A stretch of 64,000 bases of DNA from an uncultured Nitrospiraceae bacterium (GTDB taxonomy: Bacteria > Nitrospirota > Thermodesulfovibrionia > Thermodesulfovibrionales > UBA6898): contig CAWEQH010000008.1 in NCBI GenBank assembly GCA_963811165.1, positions 352,001 to 416,000 of the forward strand, given 5' to 3'. Below, piece by piece: positions 9,486 to 17,942 of the stretch. The notes below the pieces were generated by a model that was not told where the DNA came from, made no database searches, and saw nothing but the letters and a program-made list of their open reading frames with translations. Both the position numbers and the translations under genes were made by a program. The first letter of the stretch is position 1, and every line of letters begins with the position of its first letter.

Positions 9486-11612
9486 ATGCCAGACACGTTG
9501 TCACTCAACGGTCTCCTTGACAAGGTCCGTTCATACAGCCACGGGAAAGATCTTGATATCCTCGAAAACGCATATCACTTTTCGAGAGAGGCCCACTGCA
9601 GCCAGAAACGGAGCGAAGGGTCGCCCTATATAAAACATCCGCTCTCCGTCGCCTACATACTTGCCGATATCAAGATGGACGTTTCTTCCATCGCGGCCGG
9701 TCTCCTGCACGATACCATAGAGGACACGGGCACTACGATCGACAACGTCAAAAGCCTTTTCGGCAAGGAGATTGCCTTTATCGTCGAGTCCCTCACGAAG
9801 CTCTCGAAAGTTGAGTTCAGGACGCAGAAAGAGGCCCAGGCCGAAAACTTCCGCAAGATGCTCCTTGCCATGTCCGAGGACGTGAGGGTGATCCTTATAA
9901 AATTTGCCGACAGGCTCCATAACATGCGCACCCTCCAGCACCTGCCGGAAAACAAGCGACAGAGGATAGCCGCGGAGACACTCGAAATATACGCCCCCCT
10001 TGCCAACAGGCTCGGCATCGGCTGGCTGAGGGCCGAGTTTGAGGACCTGAGCTTTAAATTCCTGATGCCCGATCTCTACGAGGAATTGGTCAGAAAGGTG
10101 GCGACGAGAAAAGAAGAGCAGGAAGGCTATATCAGGGAGCTTATCGAACTCATCGATAAGAAACTGAAGGAAGAGGGGCTGCCCGGCAGGGTCAGCGGAC
10201 GGATCAAGCACCACTACGGGATTTACCAGAAAATGCAGAAACAGAGGATCACCTTCGAACAGGTCCACGATGTCCTCGGACTGAGGATACTGACGGACAC
10301 GAAGGCGAACTGCTACGCGATTCTCGGACTGATACATTCTCTCTGGACCCCCATCCCCGGAAGGTTCAAGGATTATATCGGCGTGCCGAAATCAAACATG
10401 TATCAGTCCCTTCATACTACCGTCATAGGCCCCAAAGGCGAGAGGGTCGAATTCCAGATAAGGACGGAGGAGATGCACAGGATTGCCGAGGAGGGGATCG
10501 CGTCCCACTGGAAATACAAGGAAAAGGGGGCTCTCGACGAAAAGAGCAGCAAGTACATATCGTGGCTCAGGGACCTTGTGCAGGTACAAAAAGACGTTCC
10601 CGACGCAATGGATTTTCTCGAGGCGGTAAAAGGCGAGGTGGTACCCGAGGTGGTGTATGTTTTCACCCCCAAAGGGGAGATAAAGGAAATGCCCATCGGC
10701 TCCACGCCCGTCGATTTTGCTTACAGCGTCCATACCCAGGTAGGCCACAGGTGCGTAGGCGCGAAGATAAACGGTAAGATAGTCCCGCTCAGATACAAAC
10801 TGAAAAACGGGGACACGATCGAGATCATTACGTCTCAAACGCATGGGCCGAGCAGGGACTGGCTCAAATTCGTCGTGACCCAGAGGGCGAAGACCCGGGT
10901 CAAGCAGTGGATAAAGGCCGAGGAGAGGCACCAGAGCGTAGAACTCGGGATCAAACTTTTGGAAGGTGAACTCAGGAAGCATAACATGAGCAATGCGCTC
11001 ATGAAATCGGATGACATCCTGAAAGTGGCGAAGGCTCTCGGTATGACTTCGCTCGAAGACCTTTTCGTATCGGTCGGGTTCGGAAAGGTTTCCCCCCATC
11101 AAGTCGTCAACAGGCTGCTTCCTGAAAAGGTCGCTGAAGAGCCCGAGCCGGTCAGGCTGAGAAAACCGGTCAAGGAACATAAAGGCGTCAGCATCAAAGG
11201 GATCGATGATGTGCTCTACCATACGGCGAAATGTTGCTACCCCGTCCCCGGAGACAATCTCGTCGGGTTCGTAACCATAGGCAAGGGTGTTACGGTCCAC
11301 CGCCGCGACTGCTCCAACCTCGAACGCCTTGTCGTGGAGGACGCCCGCCTTGTCGACGTCGAATGGCAGCCATCAGGCGATGCGACGGCGAACGCCAGGC
11401 TTTTTGTCGAGACCGTTGACAAACCCGGGATCCTGGCGAACCTTTCGGCCCTGATCTCATCCGTCAACATAAATATTAACCATCTCGCGGTTTCGACTCA
11501 GGACCTGAAAGGGCACATAACCTTTATCATAGGCGTCAAGGACCTGTCGCAGCTGAAAGCACTTATCCAAAAGATAAGCCAGATGGAAGGCATATTGAGG
11601 GTGAAGAGATAA
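9486..11612 (+). CDS. rel: Bifunctional (p)ppGpp synthetase/hydrolase RelA/SpoT
   Basis: HD hydrolase LLHDTIED, ADRLHNMRTL, synthetase YQSLHT/EFQIRT, TGS domain and C-terminal ACT domain. Confidence 0.97.
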   Translation: MPDTLSLNGLLDKVRSYSHGKDLDILENAYHFSREAHCSQKRSEGSPYIKHPLSVAYILADIKMDVSSIAAGLLHDTIEDTGTTIDNVKSLFGKEIAFIVESLTKLSKVEFRTQKEAQAENFRKMLLAMSEDVRVILIKFADRLHNMRTLQHLPENKRQRIAAETLEIYAPLANRLGIGWLRAEFEDLSFKFLMPDLYEELVRKVATRKEEQEGYIRELIELIDKKLKEEGLPGRVSGRIKHHYGIYQKMQKQRITFEQVHDVLGLRILTDTKANCYAILGLIHSLWTPIPGRFKDYIGVPKSNMYQSLHTTVIGPKGERVEFQIRTEEMHRIAEEGIASHWKYKEKGALDEKSSKYISWLRDLVQVQKDVPDAMDFLEAVKGEVVPEVVYVFTPKGEIKEMPIGSTPVDFAYSVHTQVGHRCVGAKINGKIVPLRYKLKNGDTIEIITSQTHGPSRDWLKFVVTQRAKTRVKQWIKAEERHQSVELGIKLLEGELRKHNMSNALMKSDDILKVAKALGMTSLEDLFVSVGFGKVSPHQVVNRLLPEKVAEEPEPVRLRKPVKEHKGVSIKGIDDVLYHTAKCCYPVPGDNLVGFVTIGKGVTVHRRDCSNLERLVVEDARLVDVEWQPSGDATANARLFVETVDKPGILANLSALISSVNININHLAVSTQDLKGHITFIIGVKDLSQLKALIQKISQMEGILRVKR

Positions 11613-11692
11613 CAGGGCCGGTCAGGGTGAAATTAACACTTTTTTTGTTATATAATTGCGTATGCCCTTTGCAAATTAAGGAGAAGACCTGA

Positions 11693-12496
11693 ATGAAAAA
11701 ATATACCGTCCTTGCCTGCTTTTTCGCGATCTCGTTATTGTTAATGCACCGTAGCGTATATGCGTTCGGAGGGTGCGAGGAAAACTGCGAGAAGTGCCAT
11801 TCCCTGGATCAAAAAGAAGTCCAGGGTATTTTCGAGAAGATGAAGGCGCCCGATATGAAGGTGCTGGACATTAAGATGAGTCCCGTACGGGGACTATGGG
11901 AAGTATCGGTCGAGAATAAAGGCAATCGCGGGGTGATGTATGTGGGTTTTTCAAAAAAATATATCATGCCCGGCCCGATATACGAAGTGGAGACGGCATC
12001 CAATAAGACACAGGAGAGTCTAAGCGGGCAGAGCGAACCGGCCGACCGGTACGTCGACGTCAAGAGGATCCCGATCGGTGATGCGCTCCTGCTGGGAGAA
12101 AGGGACGCCCGCTACAAGGTGATCGTCTTTACCGATCCGGACTGTCCTTACTGCGCTAAGCTGCATGCAGAGCTGAAAAAAGTCGTGTCCGACAGAAAAG
12201 ACATAGCCTTTTATCTTAAGCTTATGCCCCTCAAATTCCATCCCGATGCCTACTGGAAAGCTCAGAGTATCCTCTGCGCGAAATCCGTGCAGAGGCTTGA
12301 GGAAAATTTCGGAAAGAGGCCGATCCCAAAGCCTGAGTGTGAGACGAGGGCCGTGGATGAAACGATCAACCTGGGAAAGGAACTCGGGATAACCGGCACG
12401 CCCACATTGATAATGCCCGATGGTCTTGTCGTCGTTGGGGGGAGAGAGGCTGATAAGATCGAGGAGCTTGTCTTAAATCCTAAGAAAAAGGGGTAG
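11693..12496 (+). CDS. dsbC: DsbC-family thiol:disulfide isomerase with N-terminal CxxCH
   Basis: Signal peptide, FTDPDCPYC active site, GITGTPTL; extra CEENCEKCH segment after the signal peptide. Confidence 0.88.
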   Translation: MKKYTVLACFFAISLLLMHRSVYAFGGCEENCEKCHSLDQKEVQGIFEKMKAPDMKVLDIKMSPVRGLWEVSVENKGNRGVMYVGFSKKYIMPGPIYEVETASNKTQESLSGQSEPADRYVDVKRIPIGDALLLGERDARYKVIVFTDPDCPYCAKLHAELKKVVSDRKDIAFYLKLMPLKFHPDAYWKAQSILCAKSVQRLEENFGKRPIPKPECETRAVDETINLGKELGITGTPTLIMPDGLVVVGGREADKIEELVLNPKKKG

Positions 12497-12507
12497 AGAG
12501 GGAAATT

Positions 12508-13164
12508 ATGAGGGTATCGTTCATATTTTTTGTTTTTGCGGCTTTGGCATGCATGCCGTCCCTTTCTTATTCGGATGTAAAGGTAACGCTGACAAACGGC
12601 AGGGAGATCATAGCCGATACGTGTGAGGAGGAAGGCGGCCAGCTCGTTTGTACGAAAATGGGAGGCGCCTTCAATATCGAAAAAAAGGATGTGGGGAGCA
12701 TCAAGGAGATAAAAGGCGGGGGGGACGAGCCCTTTTCTAAAGAGCCGGCTTCCCCTGTGTCTACGGAACCTGAAAAGAAGACGGACGACACTCCGGGCGT
12801 GAGCCGTGCAGACAAGGGAAAGCCGGCCGCCGGCGGACAAGCCGAAGCGATGAAGCGGCTTGAAGAGGTTACACAAAAAAAACGGGAACTGTCCTCCGAG
12901 CGCGAGAAGCTGGTGAAGGAAGGAGAGCAGCTTCAGGAGGATCTCAAGAAGGCGCCCGACTGGATGCCTACAAAGCAATATGATGAACTCAACGCGAGGA
13001 ACGAGCAACTCAAGGAAAAGATTAAGCTCTTCAACGAAGAGACGGGAAGGCTCAATGAAGAAGAGAAGCAGATAGTCGAGGGGCTGAAAAAAGAAAGACT
13101 GAGCGGCATAAATGGCACACCGCCTGAGTTCTGGATTGTGTGCCGGAATTTATCCTTCCATTAA
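12508..13164 (+). CDS. Secreted hypothetical protein with C-terminal coiled coil
   Basis: Signal peptide, small domain VTLTNGREI, linker, then a Glu/Lys-rich helical region. Confidence 0.75.
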   Translation: MRVSFIFFVFAALACMPSLSYSDVKVTLTNGREIIADTCEEEGGQLVCTKMGGAFNIEKKDVGSIKEIKGGGDEPFSKEPASPVSTEPEKKTDDTPGVSRADKGKPAAGGQAEAMKRLEEVTQKKRELSSEREKLVKEGEQLQEDLKKAPDWMPTKQYDELNARNEQLKEKIKLFNEETGRLNEEEKQIVEGLKKERLSGINGTPPEFWIVCRNLSFH

Positions 13165-13197
13165 GATCTTCACCCTATGGAGCCGACAGGGGCGTAA

Positions 13198-14316
13198 TTG
13201 AAAATTCTTCAGATCATCTATGAAAGTTATGGGAACCCTTTTGGGGTCGGGGGTGCCGGCGTAAGGGCATATGAGGTGTACAAAAGGCTGCGGGACCGGC
13301 ACGAGATCACCTTGCTTTGCATGAAATATCCCGGGGCGAACGATGGATACATCGAGGGACTCAGACATGTCTTCGTCGGAACAGAAAGCAGGAGTCTTGC
13401 GAAAAGCGTCATCGCGTTTACTATACGGGCCGGCAGGTTTGTGCGTCTTTTCGGCAACGACTTCGACGTCATAGTCGAGAATTTTCTTCCTTCAACGCCT
13501 TTTTTTTCGAGGTTCCTTTCGAAGTCGCCGGTTATTCTGCAGATCCAGGGTGTGATGTACGGGCATTCATTAAGAAAATTTAACCCTCTATACTCTGTGC
13601 CGATGTATACCGTAGAGAAGGTATATCCATCGTTTCACGACCGCTTTATCTTCGTCTCGGAGGTTACGCGCGCCAAGGTGATGCGCGGCGTAGGGAGGCC
13701 GGTGAAACTCTGCCGGGTAATTCCCAACGGCGTCGGTGACGACCTCCTCGCGGCGGAAACTGCGGAGGGGGATTACATCCTTTTTTTTAGCAGGATAGAC
13801 GTATATACGAAGGGTATCGATATCCTGCTTGGGGCTTTCGAAAGTCTGGTACGGGAGTTTCCCGGCGTCAGGCTTGTCATGGCCGGATACGAGTTCGATA
13901 GTTATGAGAGGCTCGTTTCGGGGCTTCCGGAGGAGATTAAGCATAAAGTCGAATATGCGGGATTCCTGACGGGATTGCAAAAGACCGCCCTTCTGTCCGG
14001 TGCGAGGATCGTCGTACTGCCCTCCCGGCATGAATCATCGCCGGTAAGCATCATCGAGGCCGCTGCATGCGGCAAACCGCTCGTCGTCAGCGACATAGAG
14101 GAGATGAAGTTCGTCGAGGACAATAATTTCGGCGTGAGATTCCCTTCGGGATCGGTGAAGGGGCTGAAAGATAAGATGGCCCTTCTCCTGAGTGACTGCG
14201 CATTGAGAACTGAGTTGGGCGCGAGGGGGCGTGAATATTCGAGAAGGTTTTTGTGGGGCTCCATTGCGAAGGAATTTGAAAATACCTTAGAATTAACAGT
14301 TCATGAGCAAAAATAA
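13198..14316 (+). CDS. Glycosyltransferase family 4
   Basis: GGAG N-terminal motif, IPNGV, KGIDILL, PSRHESSPVSIIEAAACG (ExxxxxxxE). Confidence 0.92.
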   Translation: MKILQIIYESYGNPFGVGGAGVRAYEVYKRLRDRHEITLLCMKYPGANDGYIEGLRHVFVGTESRSLAKSVIAFTIRAGRFVRLFGNDFDVIVENFLPSTPFFSRFLSKSPVILQIQGVMYGHSLRKFNPLYSVPMYTVEKVYPSFHDRFIFVSEVTRAKVMRGVGRPVKLCRVIPNGVGDDLLAAETAEGDYILFFSRIDVYTKGIDILLGAFESLVREFPGVRLVMAGYEFDSYERLVSGLPEEIKHKVEYAGFLTGLQKTALLSGARIVVLPSRHESSPVSIIEAAACGKPLVVSDIEEMKFVEDNNFGVRFPSGSVKGLKDKMALLLSDCALRTELGARGREYSRRFLWGSIAKEFENTLELTVHEQK

Positions 14317-16552
14317 GAAGAAAGCAGTCAACAATAGTAAAAGGGGTTTATCTCCAGAAGTCTTCGGCGAGAGCAGACGAATGCATCTTGGCGCAGTGGC
14401 CTTTTTGTTTTTTTCGACTTTTATTGCGTACTCGGTTTCTCTTCACGGAACATGGGCGCTGGACGACAGTTTTATCGGACAGTTCCAGAACATATCAAGC
14501 GTACTCAACTTCCGCTTAGGTTACAGAAAAATCGCCTATCTGACCTTCCAGGTCAATAAGCTGATCGACCCCCTTAGTCCCCTGAATTACAGGGTATTTA
14601 ATATCCTTATCCACGTTGTGAATGCTTTCCTCCTTTACTGGATAGCCTTTCTGACTTTGCGCCTTAAGGACTTAAAGGATGAATACGGCCGTTATGCATA
14701 CGCCGTTTCGCTTGTGAGCGCTGTGGTTTTCGCGCTCCATCCGATTAATATCAACGCCGTTACCTATATAGTTCAGAGGATGGCGTCCCTGGCTACGATG
14801 TTTACCCTTCTTGCGTTGCTCTGTTATATCTCCGCCAGGACTTCGGGCAGCGTGAAGAAGTCCGCGGGCATGTATGCGGCAACTGCGGCGTGTATCGTAC
14901 TGGGGATATTCTCAAAAGAAAACGGCGTTATGGCCATCCCCCTTTTATTGCTGTATGACTTCTTTTTCCTTCAGAAAGAATTCAGGAAAGGCCTCGTTCA
15001 GGCCGGTATAGGCATCGCAGCGGTAGTGATCGTGCTGGGGGTGTCCTCTTTCTTTCTTGATTTCAAAAAGGCGTTTATCGCCATAGCGGATACACTGTTA
15101 CGGCCGAACCGGCCGATAGAAGCGTTGAGCTGGACCGCGATTGACGTCTACTGGACGCCGCTTCAGCATATTCTCACCGAGTTCAGGGTTGTGGTGAGAT
15201 ACATATTTCTCCTGTTTGTGCCGCTGCCCCGGTTCCTTGTCTTCGATTGGTGGGGATTCCCGATTTCAACCGGCATCGCAGCCCCGCTGTCGACCCTATC
15301 ATCGTTTTTCATTATTGTGTCTCTCATATCTTTTGCTGTTTATAAGCGCAAAGAGCTGCCCTTTCTTTCCTTCGGGATACTCTGGTATTTTATTGCGCTC
15401 TCCCTGGAAAGCTTTATTGCGGTGGGCGCGGACCTTTATTTTGAACATAGAAACTACCTTCCCGTGGCGGGACTTTTCTTCGGCGTGTCGGCCCAGATAC
15501 TGACTGCGGGCGCTCTCAGGGAAAGGGTCCTCAGAGGGAGGGTCCTCTGGACCGGAATCGTAGTCCTGTCGTTGTTTCTCGGCCTTTTGACCTTCCAGCG
15601 AAACCTCGCCTGGAAGGATTCCATAACCTTATGGACCGATACTGTTCACAAGACCGAAGGGAACCTCAGGGCTATGATCGCACTCGGCAACTCTTACCTC
15701 AAGATGTCTGATGTAGCCTCGGCGAAGGAATATTACCGGCAGGTCATGGACATCAGTATGGCCGACAGAAGGGCACAGTTTTTTCAGGATTCGGCATACA
15801 GTCTGGGCATGATTTATCTTTTCACGGACGACCTGGAAAGGGCAAAGAGCGTAATAGCACTGCTGGATGCCAAGATGGAGGCGCCCCTGAAGGTGAACAT
15901 ACTGAAGGCCTTTTACCGCTCCTCAACCGGAGACATCGAGGGCGCGGTAAAAATGTATACCCTCATTTTGCCGAAGACCTCCGGGTTGGACAGGGTTATC
16001 GTGTATACGCTGCTGGGTGATGCGTATCGCAAAAAGGAGCGGCCCGATGAGGCGTTGAAATATTATAAGAGCGCCGTGGCGGAAGATCCTTCTTTTGCCG
16101 CCGCATACTACGGCATGGGGGATGCGTACCTTATGAAGAGGGACCTTGGCAGGGCCACCGATTGCATAAATATGACTCTGAAGATCGCCCCCGAACATGT
16201 GCTGGCCCTGTCGGAAATGGCCGAGATACTGCTCACACAGAAAGCCTCTGTCGAAAAGGCGAGGGTCTACGCGGCGAAGGCGGTGGCGCTTGCCCCGGTA
16301 TTCTATCAGCCTTACCTGACGATGGGCAACGTACTCCTGGTCTACGGGCGCGATAAAGCCGCCGAAGAATATTTCAAAAAAGGGTTAGAGAGAGGCGCGA
16401 AAGAGTATATGATCCCTTTTAGCAAGGCCCGGGCATATTTCCTCATGGGTGATAAAGAAAAGGTTTTTTCCAATTTGCGGGACGTCCTTTCGATGAAGGA
16501 TACCCCGGAAAATCTAAGGAAGATGATCGAAAGAAACATGGACAAAATGTGA
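14303..16552 (+). CDS. TMTC-like GT-C membrane protein with C-terminal TPRs (putative protein O-glycosyltransferase)
   Basis: First-loop DD (WALDD), FALHPININAVTYIVQR, SKE, EHRNYLP, WKDSITLW, then TPR-like repeats. Confidence 0.8.
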   Translation: MSKNKKKAVNNSKRGLSPEVFGESRRMHLGAVAFLFFSTFIAYSVSLHGTWALDDSFIGQFQNISSVLNFRLGYRKIAYLTFQVNKLIDPLSPLNYRVFNILIHVVNAFLLYWIAFLTLRLKDLKDEYGRYAYAVSLVSAVVFALHPININAVTYIVQRMASLATMFTLLALLCYISARTSGSVKKSAGMYAATAACIVLGIFSKENGVMAIPLLLLYDFFFLQKEFRKGLVQAGIGIAAVVIVLGVSSFFLDFKKAFIAIADTLLRPNRPIEALSWTAIDVYWTPLQHILTEFRVVVRYIFLLFVPLPRFLVFDWWGFPISTGIAAPLSTLSSFFIIVSLISFAVYKRKELPFLSFGILWYFIALSLESFIAVGADLYFEHRNYLPVAGLFFGVSAQILTAGALRERVLRGRVLWTGIVVLSLFLGLLTFQRNLAWKDSITLWTDTVHKTEGNLRAMIALGNSYLKMSDVASAKEYYRQVMDISMADRRAQFFQDSAYSLGMIYLFTDDLERAKSVIALLDAKMEAPLKVNILKAFYRSSTGDIEGAVKMYTLILPKTSGLDRVIVYTLLGDAYRKKERPDEALKYYKSAVAEDPSFAAAYYGMGDAYLMKRDLGRATDCINMTLKIAPEHVLALSEMAEILLTQKASVEKARVYAAKAVALAPVFYQPYLTMGNVLLVYGRDKAAEEYFKKGLERGAKEYMIPFSKARAYFLMGDKEKVFSNLRDVLSMKDTPENLRKMIERNMDKM

Positions 16553-16561
16553 CGGCCGCCG

Positions 16562-16933
16562 TCAGGTGTCGCTGCCTTTGTCTTCTCCTCCTGCGCTCTT
16601 GTCCAACTCCGACTCCAGGAGCGCTATCTTCTGGCTCAGTTCCTTGATCTTCCCGGATAGGTCCGAAATGACTGAAGAAAAGTAAAGCAGTGCAAGGACT
16701 AGGCAGAATATCATCCATGCGAAAACAAGCGCCGGCGGGTATCCTATGCCGAGCCTCTTTGCGAAGGGGTCTATGATTTTGTCGGCAACCGAACCTGCCA
16801 TCAATGCAATTGCCACTGCGAACCAGGCTATCGACAATTCCTCCCTGAACCGTTTGCTCCTGACAAGTTCGAATATGGCGATGAAAAGGATTATGCCCAT
16901 GCCGAGAATGATTATTCTGATCCCAGCAGACAT
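16562..16933 (-). CDS. DUF2304-family small membrane protein
   Basis: Three TM segments, LGIGYPP, C-terminal IKELSQKIALLE; translationally coupled (TAATG) to the upstream GT2. Confidence 0.85.
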   Translation of the reverse strand: MSAGIRIIILGMGIILFIAIFELVRSKRFREELSIAWFAVAIALMAGSVADKIIDPFAKRLGIGYPPALVFAWMIFCLVLALLYFSSVISDLSGKIKELSQKIALLESELDKSAGGEDKGSDT

Positions 16934-17634
16934 TACCGGCCCTTCCCCCTGACGAGGACCATGATAATTGCGAGACACATTTTGAGGACGTAAAGCAGTG
17001 GTCTCACCCCGCTATGCATCGACCTGCCGTCGGCATTTTCCCTCATGACTACCGGCGCCTCCGCAATTTTGAATCTGCTCTTATGGAGGGCCATGATGAT
17101 ATTCACGTCGGGATAGTCGAGCGGGTAATTGTCTCCCTCGGCGAGGTAGGTGAACGCGTCCCTGCCGATGAGTTGAAAGCCCGACGTAGGGTCGGTGATA
17201 CCGACGCCGGTGTATGCCTTCGCGATGAAGGAGAAGAGCTTTATGCCGATCCTTCTCAATAAATCGATCTTGTAACCCCGGCCCGTGAATCTCGAACCGA
17301 TAACGACGTCGGCCCCGCTGCCCTTCATGACATTTATGAGGCTGCAGGCAGACGAGGAATCATGTTGCCCGTCCGCGTCCAACGTTATTACGAAATCATA
17401 TCCCCTCTTCACGGCAAACCGGAAACCCGTCTGCAGCGTGGCCCCGTAGCCCAAGTTAAAAGGATGACTCACCACAGGGACGCCTTCCGTGATCGCAGCG
17501 TTACGCGTTCCGTCGTCAGAGCCGTCGTCAACGACCAGGATGTCGGAAGAAGGGATGTTTTTTCTTGTTTCGGCGATGACGGAGGCGACCATCTTCTCTT
17601 CATTATATGCCGGTATGATCACAAGGTATTTCAT
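16933..17634 (-). CDS. GT2 DPM1-like polyprenyl-phosphate glycosyltransferase
   Basis: IPAYNEE, VDDGSDD, NLGYG, LDADGQH, GSRF, TDPTSGF. Confidence 0.92.
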   Translation of the reverse strand: MKYLVIIPAYNEEKMVASVIAETRKNIPSSDILVVDDGSDDGTRNAAITEGVPVVSHPFNLGYGATLQTGFRFAVKRGYDFVITLDADGQHDSSSACSLINVMKGSGADVVIGSRFTGRGYKIDLLRRIGIKLFSFIAKAYTGVGITDPTSGFQLIGRDAFTYLAEGDNYPLDYPDVNIIMALHKSRFKIAEAPVVMRENADGRSMHSGVRPLLYVLKMCLAIIMVLVRGKGR

Positions 17635-17942
17635 GAATATGATCCGAAGACGATCACCCAGTATAGATGCCCGGAAATCATATTTTGTTATTATACGTGA
17701 CAGGTGTCCGGGTTATCAAGAAATATGCTCCATATCGTTGAAATGGCCTGCCGGTATATGACGATACCGCCGGCTTTGAGGATTTTTTTAAAAAATCTTG
17801 CCGTCGTCCGTAACGGGATACTCGCATCTTAAGCGAAAGAATCGGGTATCAGAAATATGATACTGATATGGCTTCCCGACCGCCTTCTTAGCCGGGCGTT
17901 TCCTTGACATAGGAAGGTAAATAAATTATCTTATGTAACATA

